DNA from: Octopus vulgaris
Lineage: Eukaryota
Length of the DNA stretch: 64,000 nt
Reading direction: 5' to 3'
NCBI GenBank assembly: GCA_951406725.2
Contig: OX597817.1
Location: 13,950,001-14,014,000 of the forward strand
In this document: positions 28,749 to 41,560 of the stretch, in pieces
How positions within the stretch are numbered: position 1 is the first letter of the stretch
Layout of the letters: the number at the start of each line of letters is the position of its first letter
The notes under the pieces: generated by a model
What the model was told of the DNA's origin: nothing
The model's input: the letters and a program-made list of their open reading frames with translations, nothing else
Databases searched by the model: none
Program-made: the position numbers and the translations under genes

Positions 28749-29574
28749 TATATATATATATATATATATATATACAGTTTCTGTGTACCAGAAGGTTTTG
28801 GTCAGTCCTGGGTTATAGCAGAAGACGCTTGCTACAGGTTTCTTGTTGTGAGACTAAATTCAGAACCATGTGGATAAGAAGCACGATTTAGGGAGTTACA
28901 CACACTTACACACACACACACACACTTACACACACACAGACACACACACACACAAACACGCACATATGTGTGTCTGTGTGTGTATCTGTGTGTGTGTCTT
29001 TAATGTTTAACTTCCCGGCACATCTCCTTCTAGCCAACAAATCGTAGAACCACCAAAAAATGGGTCACTTAAAGTTTAGGCGAATGATAATTGAACTGCG
29101 CTATTTCTGTTCCGAAATTCATCTCGCAAGTGCAAAAATCGATAATATGTTTGTTTAGGCCTTATCCCAGCTGTTTGACGTGAACTGTGTTCACCACGTT
29201 GCAAGCATGCGTAAATTGCATGAAAAATAAAAAATCAAGATATAAAAACGAATCGCCGTAAATATTATAGAAATTCGGCAAAGAAATGAATTTTCGGGAT
29301 GTAGCCTGGAGGGTTTTTTCGTATTAATCGTTTGGACTTTGTTCGAATTAAATGTGACCATTTGCGTTGAGTTTGCAGTTTGAATCACTTTAACCAAATT
29401 TTAGTAGGCCGGATTTTTGATCATCACGATACATCGCCAGCGACTCCCTGAAACTCTCCCCTCAAATCCCCGTTGAGAAATCTATATATATAAAACTCAA
29501 CTTGTGTGTCTGTGTGTTTAACTTTTGAATCTACCAAGTTTCATTATTAAGGATGGAAAGTAGTGTGTAGCAAA

Positions 29575-29964
29575 TCTATATATATAAAGCTGAAGTTGTC
29601 TGTGTATGGCAGGTTTGGTAGCCTTCAACTAACACTATCTCCTTCGAGACCCTGCAGCGCAAGTTGACCAAAATTGAGAGTATGATAGAAGGCTTGCTCT
29701 TCATTCTGTAAAAGATAAAATTCAAATCGGACCATGTTAACACCATGTTAACACCAAAAATTATTTACATCAAAAAGGTGCTTTTTTCTATGAAAATCCC
29801 TATTTTTTTACAATTTTTGACTGCTGTGTCACCATTTTTCGGTGTATTTCAACTGGAAAAATGTTCATTTGAAGAGAATAATAAGTTGCATAATGCAACA
29901 TTTTTACTTTGCCAAAATTTCAATTCTAAAGGGTCGAAACAAACCCAAGCAACACCGGGTGATA

Positions 29965-29967
<3 letters not shown>
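29575..29967 (+). mobile_element. Non-autonomous Helitron (type 2), terminal CTAG lost
   Basis: A|TC start, 3' hairpin cccaagcaacaccgggtgatactg then (TA)n; homologous to 39220-39612; an extra Helitron-like 5' end at 29481. Confidence 0.75.
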
Positions 29968-30030
<63 letters not shown>

Positions 30031-30360
30031 GCATATACATGTATGTATGTATATTTGTGTGTGCGTGTATACGTACATATGTATAGAGAGAGATTGTGTA
30101 AATTTATATGTATATTTATGGGTGTGTAGACATTTTCAGAGGAAAGAGAACTCAATACAAAGGCGTACAGTTGATATATTTAAATTGGATGAGGTGAATT
30201 TGTGTGTGCGTGTATGTATGTAAGTATATACATGCATAGATATATACATGTACATATGCACACACAAGTATGTATATATGCGTGTATATATATGCGCGTG
30301 TGTGTGTATGTGTGTGCATATATGTACATATATCGATACACGCACACACACACACACATA

Positions 30361-30731
30361 CTCTTTTCTCTTTTACTCTTTTACTTGTTTCAGTCATTTG
30401 ACTGCGGCCATGCTGGAGCACCGCCTTTAGTCGACCAACTCGACCCCGGGACTTATTCTTTTTGTAAGCCCTGTACTTATTCTATCGCTGTCTTTTTGCC
30501 GAACCGCTAAGTGACAGGGACGTAAACACACAAACACACACACATACATATATATATACATATATACGACAGGCTTCTTTCAGTTTCCGTCTACCAAATC
30601 CACTCACAAGGCATTGGTCGGCCCGGGGCTATAGCAGAAGACACTTGCCCAAGGTGCCACGCAGTGGGACTGAACCCGGAACCATGTGTTTGGTTAGCAA
30701 GCTACTTACCACACAGCCACTCCTGCGCCTA
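30361..30731 (-). mobile_element. SINE family A
   Basis: Reverse complement of family A. Confidence 0.9.
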
Positions 30732-30921
30732 TATATATAAAATATATAAGTTCGCATTCAAAATAATGTCTGACAAAATTTCAAGTATGATAATTTTTCA
30801 GCAAACACACACGCACACACACACACACACACATACGCACAAAACACACACACACACACGCACGCACACACAGACACACACACACACACACACACAACAC
30901 ATACACACACACAGAGACACG

Positions 30922-30953
<32 letters not shown>

Positions 30954-31056
30954 AAACATATAAGTTCGCATTCAAAATAATGTCCGACAAAATTTCAAGT
31001 ATGATAATTCTTCTGATGCTCACACAGCAAACACACACACACGCACGCACACACAC

Positions 31057-31159
<103 letters not shown>

Positions 31160-31998
31160 CACACACACACAACACACTCACACACACACGCACACACACA
31201 CTGACACACACACACACGCACACACACGCACAAAGGAAGCAGAATGGCTTGCTGTCGAAACCAGCTGTTCAATTGAAACGAGTGTCTCATCGAAAATCAG
31301 TGAGAAGGAAAACATCTTCGACCACCTGATACAGAATACAAAACATATAGTCCTTGTCAAATCACTGAAGAAGATTCCCCCATCTTGTTTTCATAAAAAT
31401 GTGCTCATAGTAAGTTGCTATAATTTGTACATACAACTAAATGCTAAAATAGTCAACTAAAAAAGAACTAATTTTTGTGGGGGTGGCATGAGAACAATTG
31501 ACCCACATTCTACGGATCTAATCCGTCAGTAGTAGAACAGAAAGTCCCGCAAATCTTCCACAAAGGGGTCAAATATTATTAGCTGACCCTATCCATCAAT
31601 TTAATGTCGTCTAACAAAAATACCCTACCATTCGCCATCTTCAACAAAAGAAAAGTTGTCACTTAGATACTGGCTCTCAGTCGCAAATGGAGAACATATT
31701 GAGATGGCAATGGAAAAATATATACAAATATACATATATAATACTCTCATACATACAGACATACATACATGCATACATACATACTTGCATGCATGCATGC
31801 ATGCATACATACATACATACACACATACATACATACATAAATACATACATACATGCATGCATACATACATACATACATACATGCATACATACATACATAC
31901 ATACATACATACATACATACATAAATACATACATACATACATACATATAAACGCATATATAAGCACATTCTTCCTTACATCCACGCATGCATACACAT

Positions 31999-32350
31999 TC
32001 ATAGATATACATATACATAGATATACATACATACATAGATATACATGCATTCATAGATATACATGCATACATAGATATACATACATTCATAGATATACAC
32101 ATACATAGATATACATACATACATAGATATACATGCATTCATAGATATACATGCATACATAGATATACATACATTCATAGATATACACATACATAGATAT
32201 ACATACATACATAGATATACATACATACATAGATATACATGCATTCATAGATATACATGCATACATAGATATACATACATTCATAGATATACACATAAAT
32301 AGATATACATACATACATAGATATACACATACATAGATATACATACATAC
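31999..32350. repeat. ~18-bp minisatellite (catagatatacat.cat.) derived from (CATA)n
   Basis: Repeated atagatataca core with regular variants. Confidence 0.85.
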
Positions 32351-32512
32351 ATACATTTACGCATACATATATACATACATCTATACATATATATATAAAT
32401 ATAAAACACACACACGGATGTATATGTGTGTATGTATGCTAACACTAAACTATGGTTGTAAGAATGCAGAAATGTAAAATGCATATATTCGTCGGTGTGA
32501 TTACGCATACAC

Positions 32513-32547
<35 letters not shown>

Positions 32548-32710
32548 TACGCGCGCGCGTATAGAAGCACGCACACGCATGTGCGATTTACGCAAAAACA
32601 CACATACATAAATACACACATGCAGACAGATTGATACGTATGTTTAATTATACATATAGATACATCCATGCGTTACTCAGCATGCATACAGGAGCATGAA
32701 CGAGCAAGAG

Positions 32711-32752
<42 letters not shown>

Positions 32753-33672
32753 AGGAAAGAGAGACAGCGAAAAACTGCCTTTGTATCTATGTGCTTATCC
32801 GCAAACGTGCATACACGCACGCATCCACGCATGCATTTACACATACACATATAGGTGATGCTCGGGTATGGCCTGACTTCTGATGGCTAAAACAAAGTAA
32901 ATGAAGTAAGGAAGTTATATCCAAAGAACCAAGGTTGATCTGGAAGTTTTTTTATGGACATTGGAATGCTATGGTTTCGAATCAAATATCAAGGACTAAT
33001 GCGGAAATATGACGGCCGCACTATGTGAGTATGTGTATGTGTTTGTATCTGCATGTGCGTTTGTGTGTGAGTTTGTGTCTGTGTCTGTGTCTGTGTGTAT
33101 GCATGCGTGTGTGTATAAAATAATCATTATAACAACACGAGGATGGAATTTGAGAATCTTTAATGGTATATCACAACATATGTTTCTGCTCCCAACACCA
33201 GCGTCAATTAGAAATTTTCATATTCATATAACATTATTTAAGATTACTCTTAATAATTATGTATTTGAATATTTTTAGCAGTTCTCTGTGGTCACTCCAT
33301 CGGGTGGAGTCTGAGAACAAAACAAGAATCTGTGTGTGTGTGTGTGTGGACTATTGAACTATGGCCATGCTGGGATACGGCATTGAAGTGCTTCAGCCTA
33401 AAAAATCGCATCCAAAACTTACATTTAAGTGGCACTTAATCTATATATCTCTTTTGTCGAATCCCCAAGTTACAGTGATGTAAACAAAGCAACACCGGTT
33501 GTTGAGCAGCGAGATGGCGGGAGGGACAAACAGATGCACACTACACACACACACACACATTTATATATCCATGTGTATGACGAAGTTCTACACAGTTTCC
33601 ATGTGTAGGATTCACTGATAAGGCATTGGTCGACCCAATGAAGACACATGCTCATATATATATATATATATA

Positions 33673-34040
33673 TCTCTATATATAAACGGCAGTTTGTCTG
33701 TGTGTGTTTCTGTGTGTCTGTTAGGTTGTACCCTCACCCTGACCACGGCTTTCAACCGATTCTGATGAAACGTGACACACACGTAGCCCAATGTCATAAT
33801 TCAAAACTAACGCAGCGAAAATTTTGAAAAGTTCCCCCAGTTCTGAATAAAATCGATAAATTCGACATGGGGTCGAGAATCAGAAACACAAACCACAGAC
33901 TGTCTAGGGGACGCAACTCGACCTTTTTAACTAAAAAAAAATTTACCATAATTTTTTTCCATTTTTTGGCTATAACTCTCTAAAAATGCTTTATAGTTAT
34001 TTCCCTTACAAACCCGAGCAACGCCGGGTGATACTGCTAG
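33673..34040 (+). mobile_element. Non-autonomous Helitron (type 1)
   Basis: A|TC...cccgagcaacgccggg..CTAG|T; copy of 15124-15505. Confidence 0.87.
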
Positions 34041-34051
34041 TATATATATAT

Positions 34052-34243
34052 AGCTTCTGCACGCATTTTTTTCTCTCCTTGTTTCTTTCTGTGTTTCTTT
34101 TCTGTGTATCTTTCTGTTGAAGAGCGTAGGCTCGAAACGTAAAAGACTTGTTTTATTTATATTCCTGAGCGCCATACTAATACAATTGTTTGTTTGTACT
34201 CCACCTGCCTTCGTCTTTTGTTTATTTTCATAAAGCTTCCCAT
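34052..34243 (+). mobile_element. pLTR-like module with minimal hammerhead motif (34109-34146)
   Basis: tcttt-CTGTTGA-a-gagc gtag gctc-GAAA-cgt-a-aaaga; near-identical copy at 46047-46227; flanked by (TA)n. Confidence 0.65.
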
Positions 34244-34357
34244 TATATATATATATATTTATGAGCAAAGTCTCTTCTACTGAAGTCCCAGACCGACCAA
34301 TGCCATATGAGTGAATCCTGCAGATGGAAACTGTAAAGAAGCTCATCATACATATGG

Positions 34358-34391
<34 letters not shown>

Positions 34392-34806
34392 TCTATGAAC
34401 TGGCTACCACACGATTCCCATCACTGTCTGTCAGACTGTTTGTCTCTTTTTCTCTCACTTTATCTTTCTCTCTTTCTCTCTTTCTCTTTCTTTCTCTCTC
34501 TATCACTCTCTCTCTCTCTCTTTATATATATATTGTTGCTATTGTGTTAAACTGTCGTATATCCAAACTGGGCTAAATGCGTATTTTTTTGAATATTTAT
34601 TTTTGCTTGCAATAGCCGGTTCTTTGCTTGCAATAACTGCTTCAGATGCCTAAGTATCAAAAATTGTCCAAGTGTAGTACAAAAGTTCTGCTATGGAATG
34701 GTGAATCTACTTTTTCATATTCTGAAAAGGCAACGTTTTGGACTTACAACACTTTTGCAAAAAGCAACGATATGTATACACATACATACATACATACATA
34801 CATACA

Positions 34807-34839
<33 letters not shown>

Positions 34840-36148
34840 GCACACATACATACATGCACAGACATCTCGAAATTAAATAGGTACCCCCCATTGTGCACAA
34901 TGCATGCCTGCTAAATACTAGATGAAACCTTTAAATGAATCAAAGGACATTATTTTATTTCTAGTAATAAATTTTCAAAGAAATATTGGTGTCTATTTAC
35001 CAATGAGGTATCTATGTACTGTGTATATATACGTCTGGATGTTTTGCGTTCTAGTCCCATTTTTGTATTTTCTATGTATTAAATATAGCGGCGTACGTAC
35101 ACTTTGGTCTCTTATATGTAAGTATAAATATACATGTAAATTTTGTACGACTCTATTATTCTTTCTATTCTTTCATTCTTTCCTTCTTTCTGTCAACCCT
35201 TTCACACTTCTTTCTTTCCACTCTCGTTCTTTCGTTTCCCCTCTCTCACATTTCCTGGCCTTCCCTTCATGCTCACTTTCCCTCCTCTTTCATTTCACTG
35301 TGTATCTTTCATTTTTTCTCACCCCTCCTTAATTCTTCTATCCCTCTGCTTCAACCTCTCTCTCTTCCCACGTGACTGATATTCAGCCAAGCCTGACCTT
35401 TCTTTCTTCGTTCAACTACCATCCGTGCAGCATTTATATTCCTCCCTGTGCCTGTCAAATCTTATGTCCCTGCCGTGGGCTTTACTTCCACACACGCCAG
35501 CTTAATCGAAAGATACCTGTTGTTATGTCCTGTTAATTGCATTTGTATTTGTGTAACATTTCTCCGTTTCTTTCCGTCCTTATTTTCGTATACATTCGCT
35601 GCTTTCTTCCAAGGAATCTAATGCTCTTAGCTTAGTTTTTCCTTGGGGCTAGACAGATTGGAGCAATCTCCAGTATAACCAGCCGAAATTGCAAAGATAA
35701 TCTGGAACTCGACTGAGGATAGAAAACTCCGAATGACCCGTCCTTGCTTTCGTTGTATCGTATGTCTGGATGTTTTGCGTTCTTATCACAATTTTGTATT
35801 TTACACATATATATATATATACATATATGCATGCTTACATTTTCGTAAATACTTGTATGAGCGAGTGTACACGCACCATGCGGCTTTCGCGAGGGCTTTG
35901 TACAACCATATCTGCTAACGGTTATCTTTAATACTTTTCTCGCTGTATGACATGTTCGTTTCTTTTTTGCATCAGTGATTTTATTTTTGATCTTCTATAA
36001 ACGAAGGCGTAGCCTTCATGTTGCTGGTTTTCTTTCTACGAAATGAGAAGATACATTGCGGAACTGTTATTTTAACAAGTTGTGTTCTATTTATCACTCG
36101 ATAAGATACATCTGCACCGCTGGATGTTCCTCAACCAGTTAAGTGTCC

Positions 36149-36202
36149 CACCCGTGAGGAATCGATGCTTCATGTGTCGAAACAATTGTCGTGATTAATA
36201 AA
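36149..36202 (+). ncRNA. Degenerate minimal hammerhead ribozyme motif plus AATAAA
   Basis: cac..GTGAGGA-at-cgatgc ttcat gtgtc-GAAA-caattg-TC-gtg, then aataaa; C3 mutated to G. Confidence 0.5.
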
Positions 36203-36264
36203 AATTCTTGTATATTCTATCTTCCGTCTTTCATTTACCATATATATGTATGTGTATATATATG

Positions 36265-36340
<76 letters not shown>

Positions 36341-36404
36341 GGTCCCGGGTTGATTCGGGGTTAACCACAGTAAGTAAGGTACTCAATACATAGCAGAGTA
36401 AAAT

Positions 36405-36558
36405 TAATTTATTATATAGAAGGAGCTTCTACAGGACTAGTACTGTTTCATTCAAGAGAAATCTTCAGAAATCTACATTTAATACAGGTGCTTCCTGAAG
36501 ATTTCTCTTGAATGAAACAGTACTAGTCCTGTAGAAGCTCCTTCTATATAATAAATTA
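36405..36558. repeat. Perfect 64-bp inverted repeat, 26-nt spacer
   Basis: 36405-36468 is the exact reverse complement of 36495-36558. Confidence 0.93.
36490..36538 (+). ncRNA. Type I hammerhead ribozyme
   Basis: Stem I gcttc/gaagc; CTGAAGA core; short stem II (ttc/gaa, tctt loop); GAAA; stem III cag/ctg with tactagtc loop; GUA cleavage triplet (cut after 36533). Confidence 0.75.
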
Positions 36559-36572
36559 TATATATATATATG

Positions 36573-36636
<64 letters not shown>

Positions 36637-36637
<1 letters not shown>

Positions 36638-36801
36638 TGTTGTGTCTGGGGAGAGTCATTTCTTTTTTGTGCCTTATAATGTAACACACTCACCGGTAAA
36701 ATTTCCACTTATTTCTTATTTTTATTTTCCTAAAGTTTTCGTTGCGTCTTGCGACCCTTTCAAAGGCACTGAAAGAAAATGACTCTCCCCAGACACAACA
36801 G
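36637..36801. mobile_element. Foldback module with 30-bp perfect terminal inverted repeats in (TA)n
   Basis: ctgttgtgtctggggagagtcattttcttt / aaagaaaatgactctccccagacacaacag. Confidence 0.8.
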
Positions 36802-36858
36802 AATATGCTTCAACACACGAACTCATATAAAGAATCTTGCAAACCAAATCCAAAAACG

Positions 36859-36892
<34 letters not shown>

Positions 36893-37816
36893 GTATGTAT
36901 GCATGTGTATATATATATATGTATATATGACTATTACGTGGAAATGTTATGAGTATGGACCTGTATTTGTGTATGTGCTTGTCTTTGTATTCGTCGGACC
37001 TACCACTTGACAACCGGTGTCGGTTTGTTTATGGCTCCGTAACCTAGTGGTTTGACACAAGAAAGCATTAAATCAAGCACCGGGCTTCAAAATGAATCTG
37101 TACCGGAGTGGATTTGTTCGAGTAAATCTCTCAAGTTTATGCCTCAATATGGCGGCACTAAAACGATTGACGCATGTTAATAAGATAGATAATAAACCGA
37201 TAGATTAATATTTTGGGAAGAATTTAGCCAGACGTAAAATAATTCCATTATAATTTACAGGCGGAACTTCGAAATGCTGCAGATTGCTTCGGTTTTGGGG
37301 AAATAGAATAAATATAAGAACAAAACCTTTATTTTTTTAATAATACAATTTTCCCGAAATGGAATCGGTCTGTGTGCGAGCAGCTGCCAAACTACAAATA
37401 CTCTGAAGAGTAAAATTTGCCGAATTTTAAGGTAGGCGTTGTTTTTTATTTATTTATTTATTTATTTATTTTACTGCTTACGATGACAACGTGTCAAACC
37501 CATTATTCAATATGCCCGGCTACTTAAACCAAATACTTGTCTTGTTTTTGAAAATTTGATCAAGTTGTTGAGTTATTTTATGGATGGCGAGAACTTCATA
37601 GACAAAGAATATTAATTTTAAACATGGGTACTCCGTGGATCTCCGAACTGACAGCAGCTGAAATCGGCTGCGAACAGTTCTCGAATTCTCAGAAATATAT
37701 GAGCGGCGTGTGTACACAAGAAATTAATGTGTACATTTTTTAGGCTTGCACGTTCAAGTACCATTAGATACGATGTTCTGTTTTCTCTGTCTCCGTTTGC
37801 TTGTTTATCTCTCTGT

Positions 37817-37868
<52 letters not shown>

Positions 37869-38711
37869 ATCTTTCTACCTATTTATCTGCCAGTTTCTCT
37901 TCCTCTCTCTCCCCTCGCTCTCCCTCTCTCTCTCCTCTCTCTCCCTCATTCTCTGTCGTCTGTGTTCTCATGACTGATAGCCTGTCAGTCTGTCCATTTC
38001 TCTTTATCATTGTTTCTCATCGACCCTCCCTCTCTCTCTCTCATTAACTATTCTGTTGTGAGGATGCTTCATGTCTCTGATTTCCCTATCTGTCTGCCTA
38101 TCTGTCTGCATGTCCGCCTATCCGCCATGTCTGTCTGTCTCTCTCTCTCTCCCTTCCTCTCTTCCACTTTCTTTTCTATTAATACTTCATGTAAGAAAGA
38201 TCGCGATTTCCAAACGCAATCTTATTTATGTGAAGCATTGATAACAATATTGTTATTTAGCCCTTGGCCAGCCGTGATTAAGAAGGCCAACGATAAAAGA
38301 GGTCCCTAGTATAATTATCCTGCCGTCCCCAAACATAAATATTTTCTCATTTTCCTTCTTAATATTTAAGTGCATCAAAGATTACATTCTTCAGTATTTT
38401 CCACTTTAACGACAGTAATGTCCGATTTCAGATTTACAGCTGCTATTTCTATTTCATTTGCTTGATTTCCTTTGTGTTATAAATGACAAAGAATATTTTT
38501 CCAATAATTATAGATTTTGCAATAAATATTATGGGCGCTTGTGTGTGTGTGTGTGTGTGTGTGTAGTGGGTAAATGAAAGCAGTGATATATCCACGCTTT
38601 TCCCAAGAATATTAGTTATGTAAATGCAGCAAGACAGTTTTAAACGCAAATAGAACTCTTGTCAGAAGATTTATCCTGCTGTCGTTCAGTCTAAATTCTA
38701 GTATTTTTAAT

Positions 38712-39120
38712 TTACTCTTTTACTCTTTTACTTGTTTCAGTCAGTTGACTGCGGCTATGCTGGAGCACCGCCTTTAGTCGAGCAACTTGACCCCGGGACT
38801 TATTCTTTTGTAAGCTCAGTACTTATTCTATCGGTCTCTTTTGCCGAACCGCTAAGTGACGGGGACGTAAACACACCAGCATCGCTTGTCAAGCAATGCT
38901 AGGGGGACAAACACAGATACACAAACACATACACACACATATATATATATATATACGACGGGCTTCTTTCAGTTTCCGTCTACCAAATCCACTCACAAGG
39001 CATTGGTCGGCCCGAGGCTATAGTAGAAGACACTTGCCCAAGGTGCCACGCAGTGGGACTGAACCCGGAACCATGTGGTTGGTAAGCAAGCTATTTACCA
39101 CACAGCCACTCCTGCGCCTA
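38712..39120 (-). mobile_element. SINE family A, full length
   Basis: Reverse complement of family A. Confidence 0.92.
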
Positions 39121-39219
39121 ATTTATGCACAAAACCAGATAGTTATGGTATGTAAGAAAATTTAGATGTTATCTTGTTCATGAATTTTCCAAGGACAACA
39201 ATAATGATATTATCATGCA

Positions 39220-39612
39220 CTAGCAGTAGCGCCCGGCATTGCTCGAGTTTGTTTCGACCCTTTAGAATTGGAATTTTTGAAAAGTAAAAATTTTGCATTA
39301 TGTAGCTTGTGAACATTTAAGTGAACATTTTTCTGGTTCAAATATACCGAAAAATAGTGAGACAGCAGTAAAAAAATCGTAAAAAGTAGGGATTTTCATA
39401 GAAAAAAACCCTACCTTTTTGATGTAAATAATTTTTGGTGTTAACATGGTACGATTTGAATTTTGTCTTCTACGGAAGGAAGAGCAAAGCCTTCTTCTAT
39501 CATACTCTCAATTTTGGTCAACTTGCGCCGCAGGGTCTCGGAGGAGATAGTGTTAGTTGAAGGCTACCAAACCTGCCATACACAGACAACTTCAGCTTTA
39601 TATAGAGAGAGA
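39220..39612 (-). mobile_element. Non-autonomous Helitron (type 2)
   Basis: Minus strand A|TC...gagcaatgccgggcgctactgCTAG|T. Confidence 0.85.
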
Positions 39613-39799
39613 TTACAATAAACTCTTGGCTTCAGTTGGCCAAACATAGAAGTGAAAATGAGATGGCGGGGACTTCATTCCTTTCCAAAGCATATAAGCT
39701 GTGTAACTTAAATGAATTTCATCCGAGTATTGAAACCGCATCACAGGCTCATTTTGCAGCGAGATTAAATCTTTCACTTTGACGCCTATAGTTTTGTTA

Positions 39800-40685
39800 T
39801 AAACATTGGTTTCAGATATAGGCACATGACCAACAATTTCGGGTGCGTGGGTAAGTTGATTGTATCGACCCCAGTGCGTAACTGGTACTTATTTTACCGA
39901 CCTCGAATGGATGAAAGGCAAAGTAAACGTCGGCGTTGAACTCAGAACGTAAAGGCAGACGAAATACCTATTTCTTTACTACCCACAAGGGGCTAAACAC
40001 AGAGAAGACAAACAAGGACAGACAAACGGATTAAGTCGATTATATCGACCCCAGTGCGTAACTGGTACTTATTTAATCGACCCCGAAAGGATGAAAGGCA
40101 AAGTTGACGTCGGCGAAATTTGAACTCAGAACGTAAAGACAGACAAAATACCTATTTCTTTACTACCCACAAGGGGCTAAACACAGAGAGGACAAACAAG
40201 GACAGACAAACGGATTAAGTCGATTATATCGACCCCAGTGCGTAACTGGTACTCATTTAATCGACCCCGAAAGGATGAAAGGCAAAGTTGACCTCGGCGG
40301 AATTTGAACTCAAACGAAATACCTATTTCTTTACTACCCACAAGGGGCTAAACACAGAGAGGACAAACAAGGACAGACAAAGGGATTAAGTCTATTATAT
40401 CGACCCCAGTGCGTAACTGGTACTTATTTAATCGACCCCGAAAGGATGAAAGGCAAAGTCGACCTCGGCGGAATTTGAACTCAGAACGTAACGGCAGACG
40501 AAATACCGCAAAGCATTTCGCCCGGCGTGCTAACGTTTCTGCCGCCTCGCCGCCTCAGACAGACGAAATACCGCTAAGGATTCGCCCGGCGTGCTAACGT
40601 TTCTGCCGCCTCGCCGCCTCAGACAGACGAAATACCGCCAAGGATTCGCCTTGCGTGCTAACCATTCTGCCAGCCAACCGCCTAC
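39800..40685 (-). mobile_element. SINE family B multimer: about four ~180-bp units plus triplicated ~62-bp head
   Basis: Tail motif recurs at ~39970, 40153 and 40324; head segment cagacgaaataccgc...gccgcct repeated three times at 40495-40685. Confidence 0.9.
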
Positions 40686-40892
40686 TTTTGTTATAAATAT
40701 CGATTTCTAATTATGGTACAAAGCCAGAAATGTGTTGGAATATTTGTATATCATATACTTGGGAATTTTTTTTTTCTATTTGTCTGCTTGATTCCTAACT
40801 CTGACAAAAGGCCAGAAATCTTTTGATATGTTTGAGCATTTTTACTTGTCTATTTATTTACATATTGGAACATATGTTGCTATATTTGTATG

Positions 40893-41105
40893 GGATGGTA
40901 CTCCGTCGGTTACTACGACGAGTATTACAGATGATCCGATCAACGGAGCAGCCTGCTCGTGTAATTAACGTGCAAGTGGCTGAGAACTCCACAGACACGC
41001 ATACCCTTAATGTAGTTCTCAAGGGGGTTCAATGTGACACAGAATGCAACAAGGCTGGCCCTTTGAATCATAGGTATAACTCCCTTTTTCCAGCTAAGTA
41101 GACTG
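40893..41105 (-). mobile_element. SINE family C-related, diverged 3' part
   Basis: actccgtcggttac...gtaattaacgtgcaagtggctgag...acaaggctggccctttgaa. Confidence 0.75.
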
Positions 41106-41389
41106 TCATTATATTTGTATATTGGTATATTTATTGTTATATTAGTCTATTCACATTTGTATATTTACTTATTGGTATATTTGTTGCTATATTTATCTTC
41201 GTCTTTTTTTTTTTCTTTACTTGTTTGTCATTGGACTACGGCCATGACGGGGCACCACATCGAAGGGTTTTATTTGAACGAATCGACTCCGGTGCATATT
41301 TTTTAAAAGCCCGGTACTTATTCTATTGGTCCCCTTTGCCGGGGATCCACAACAATTGCTTGTTTATCTCTTAATCAGTTTGTAGGTCT

Positions 41390-41429
<40 letters not shown>

Positions 41430-41432
41430 GTC

Positions 41433-41482
<50 letters not shown>

Positions 41483-41515
41483 GCCTGTTTCTCTCTCTCT
41501 CTCTCTAGTCTGTTT

Positions 41516-41560
<45 letters not shown>

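Noticed and set aside
35705-35745. Hammerhead in the 35030-35800 repeat (ctgagga...gaat)
   Set aside because: GAAA core is absent and the stems do not pair convincingly.
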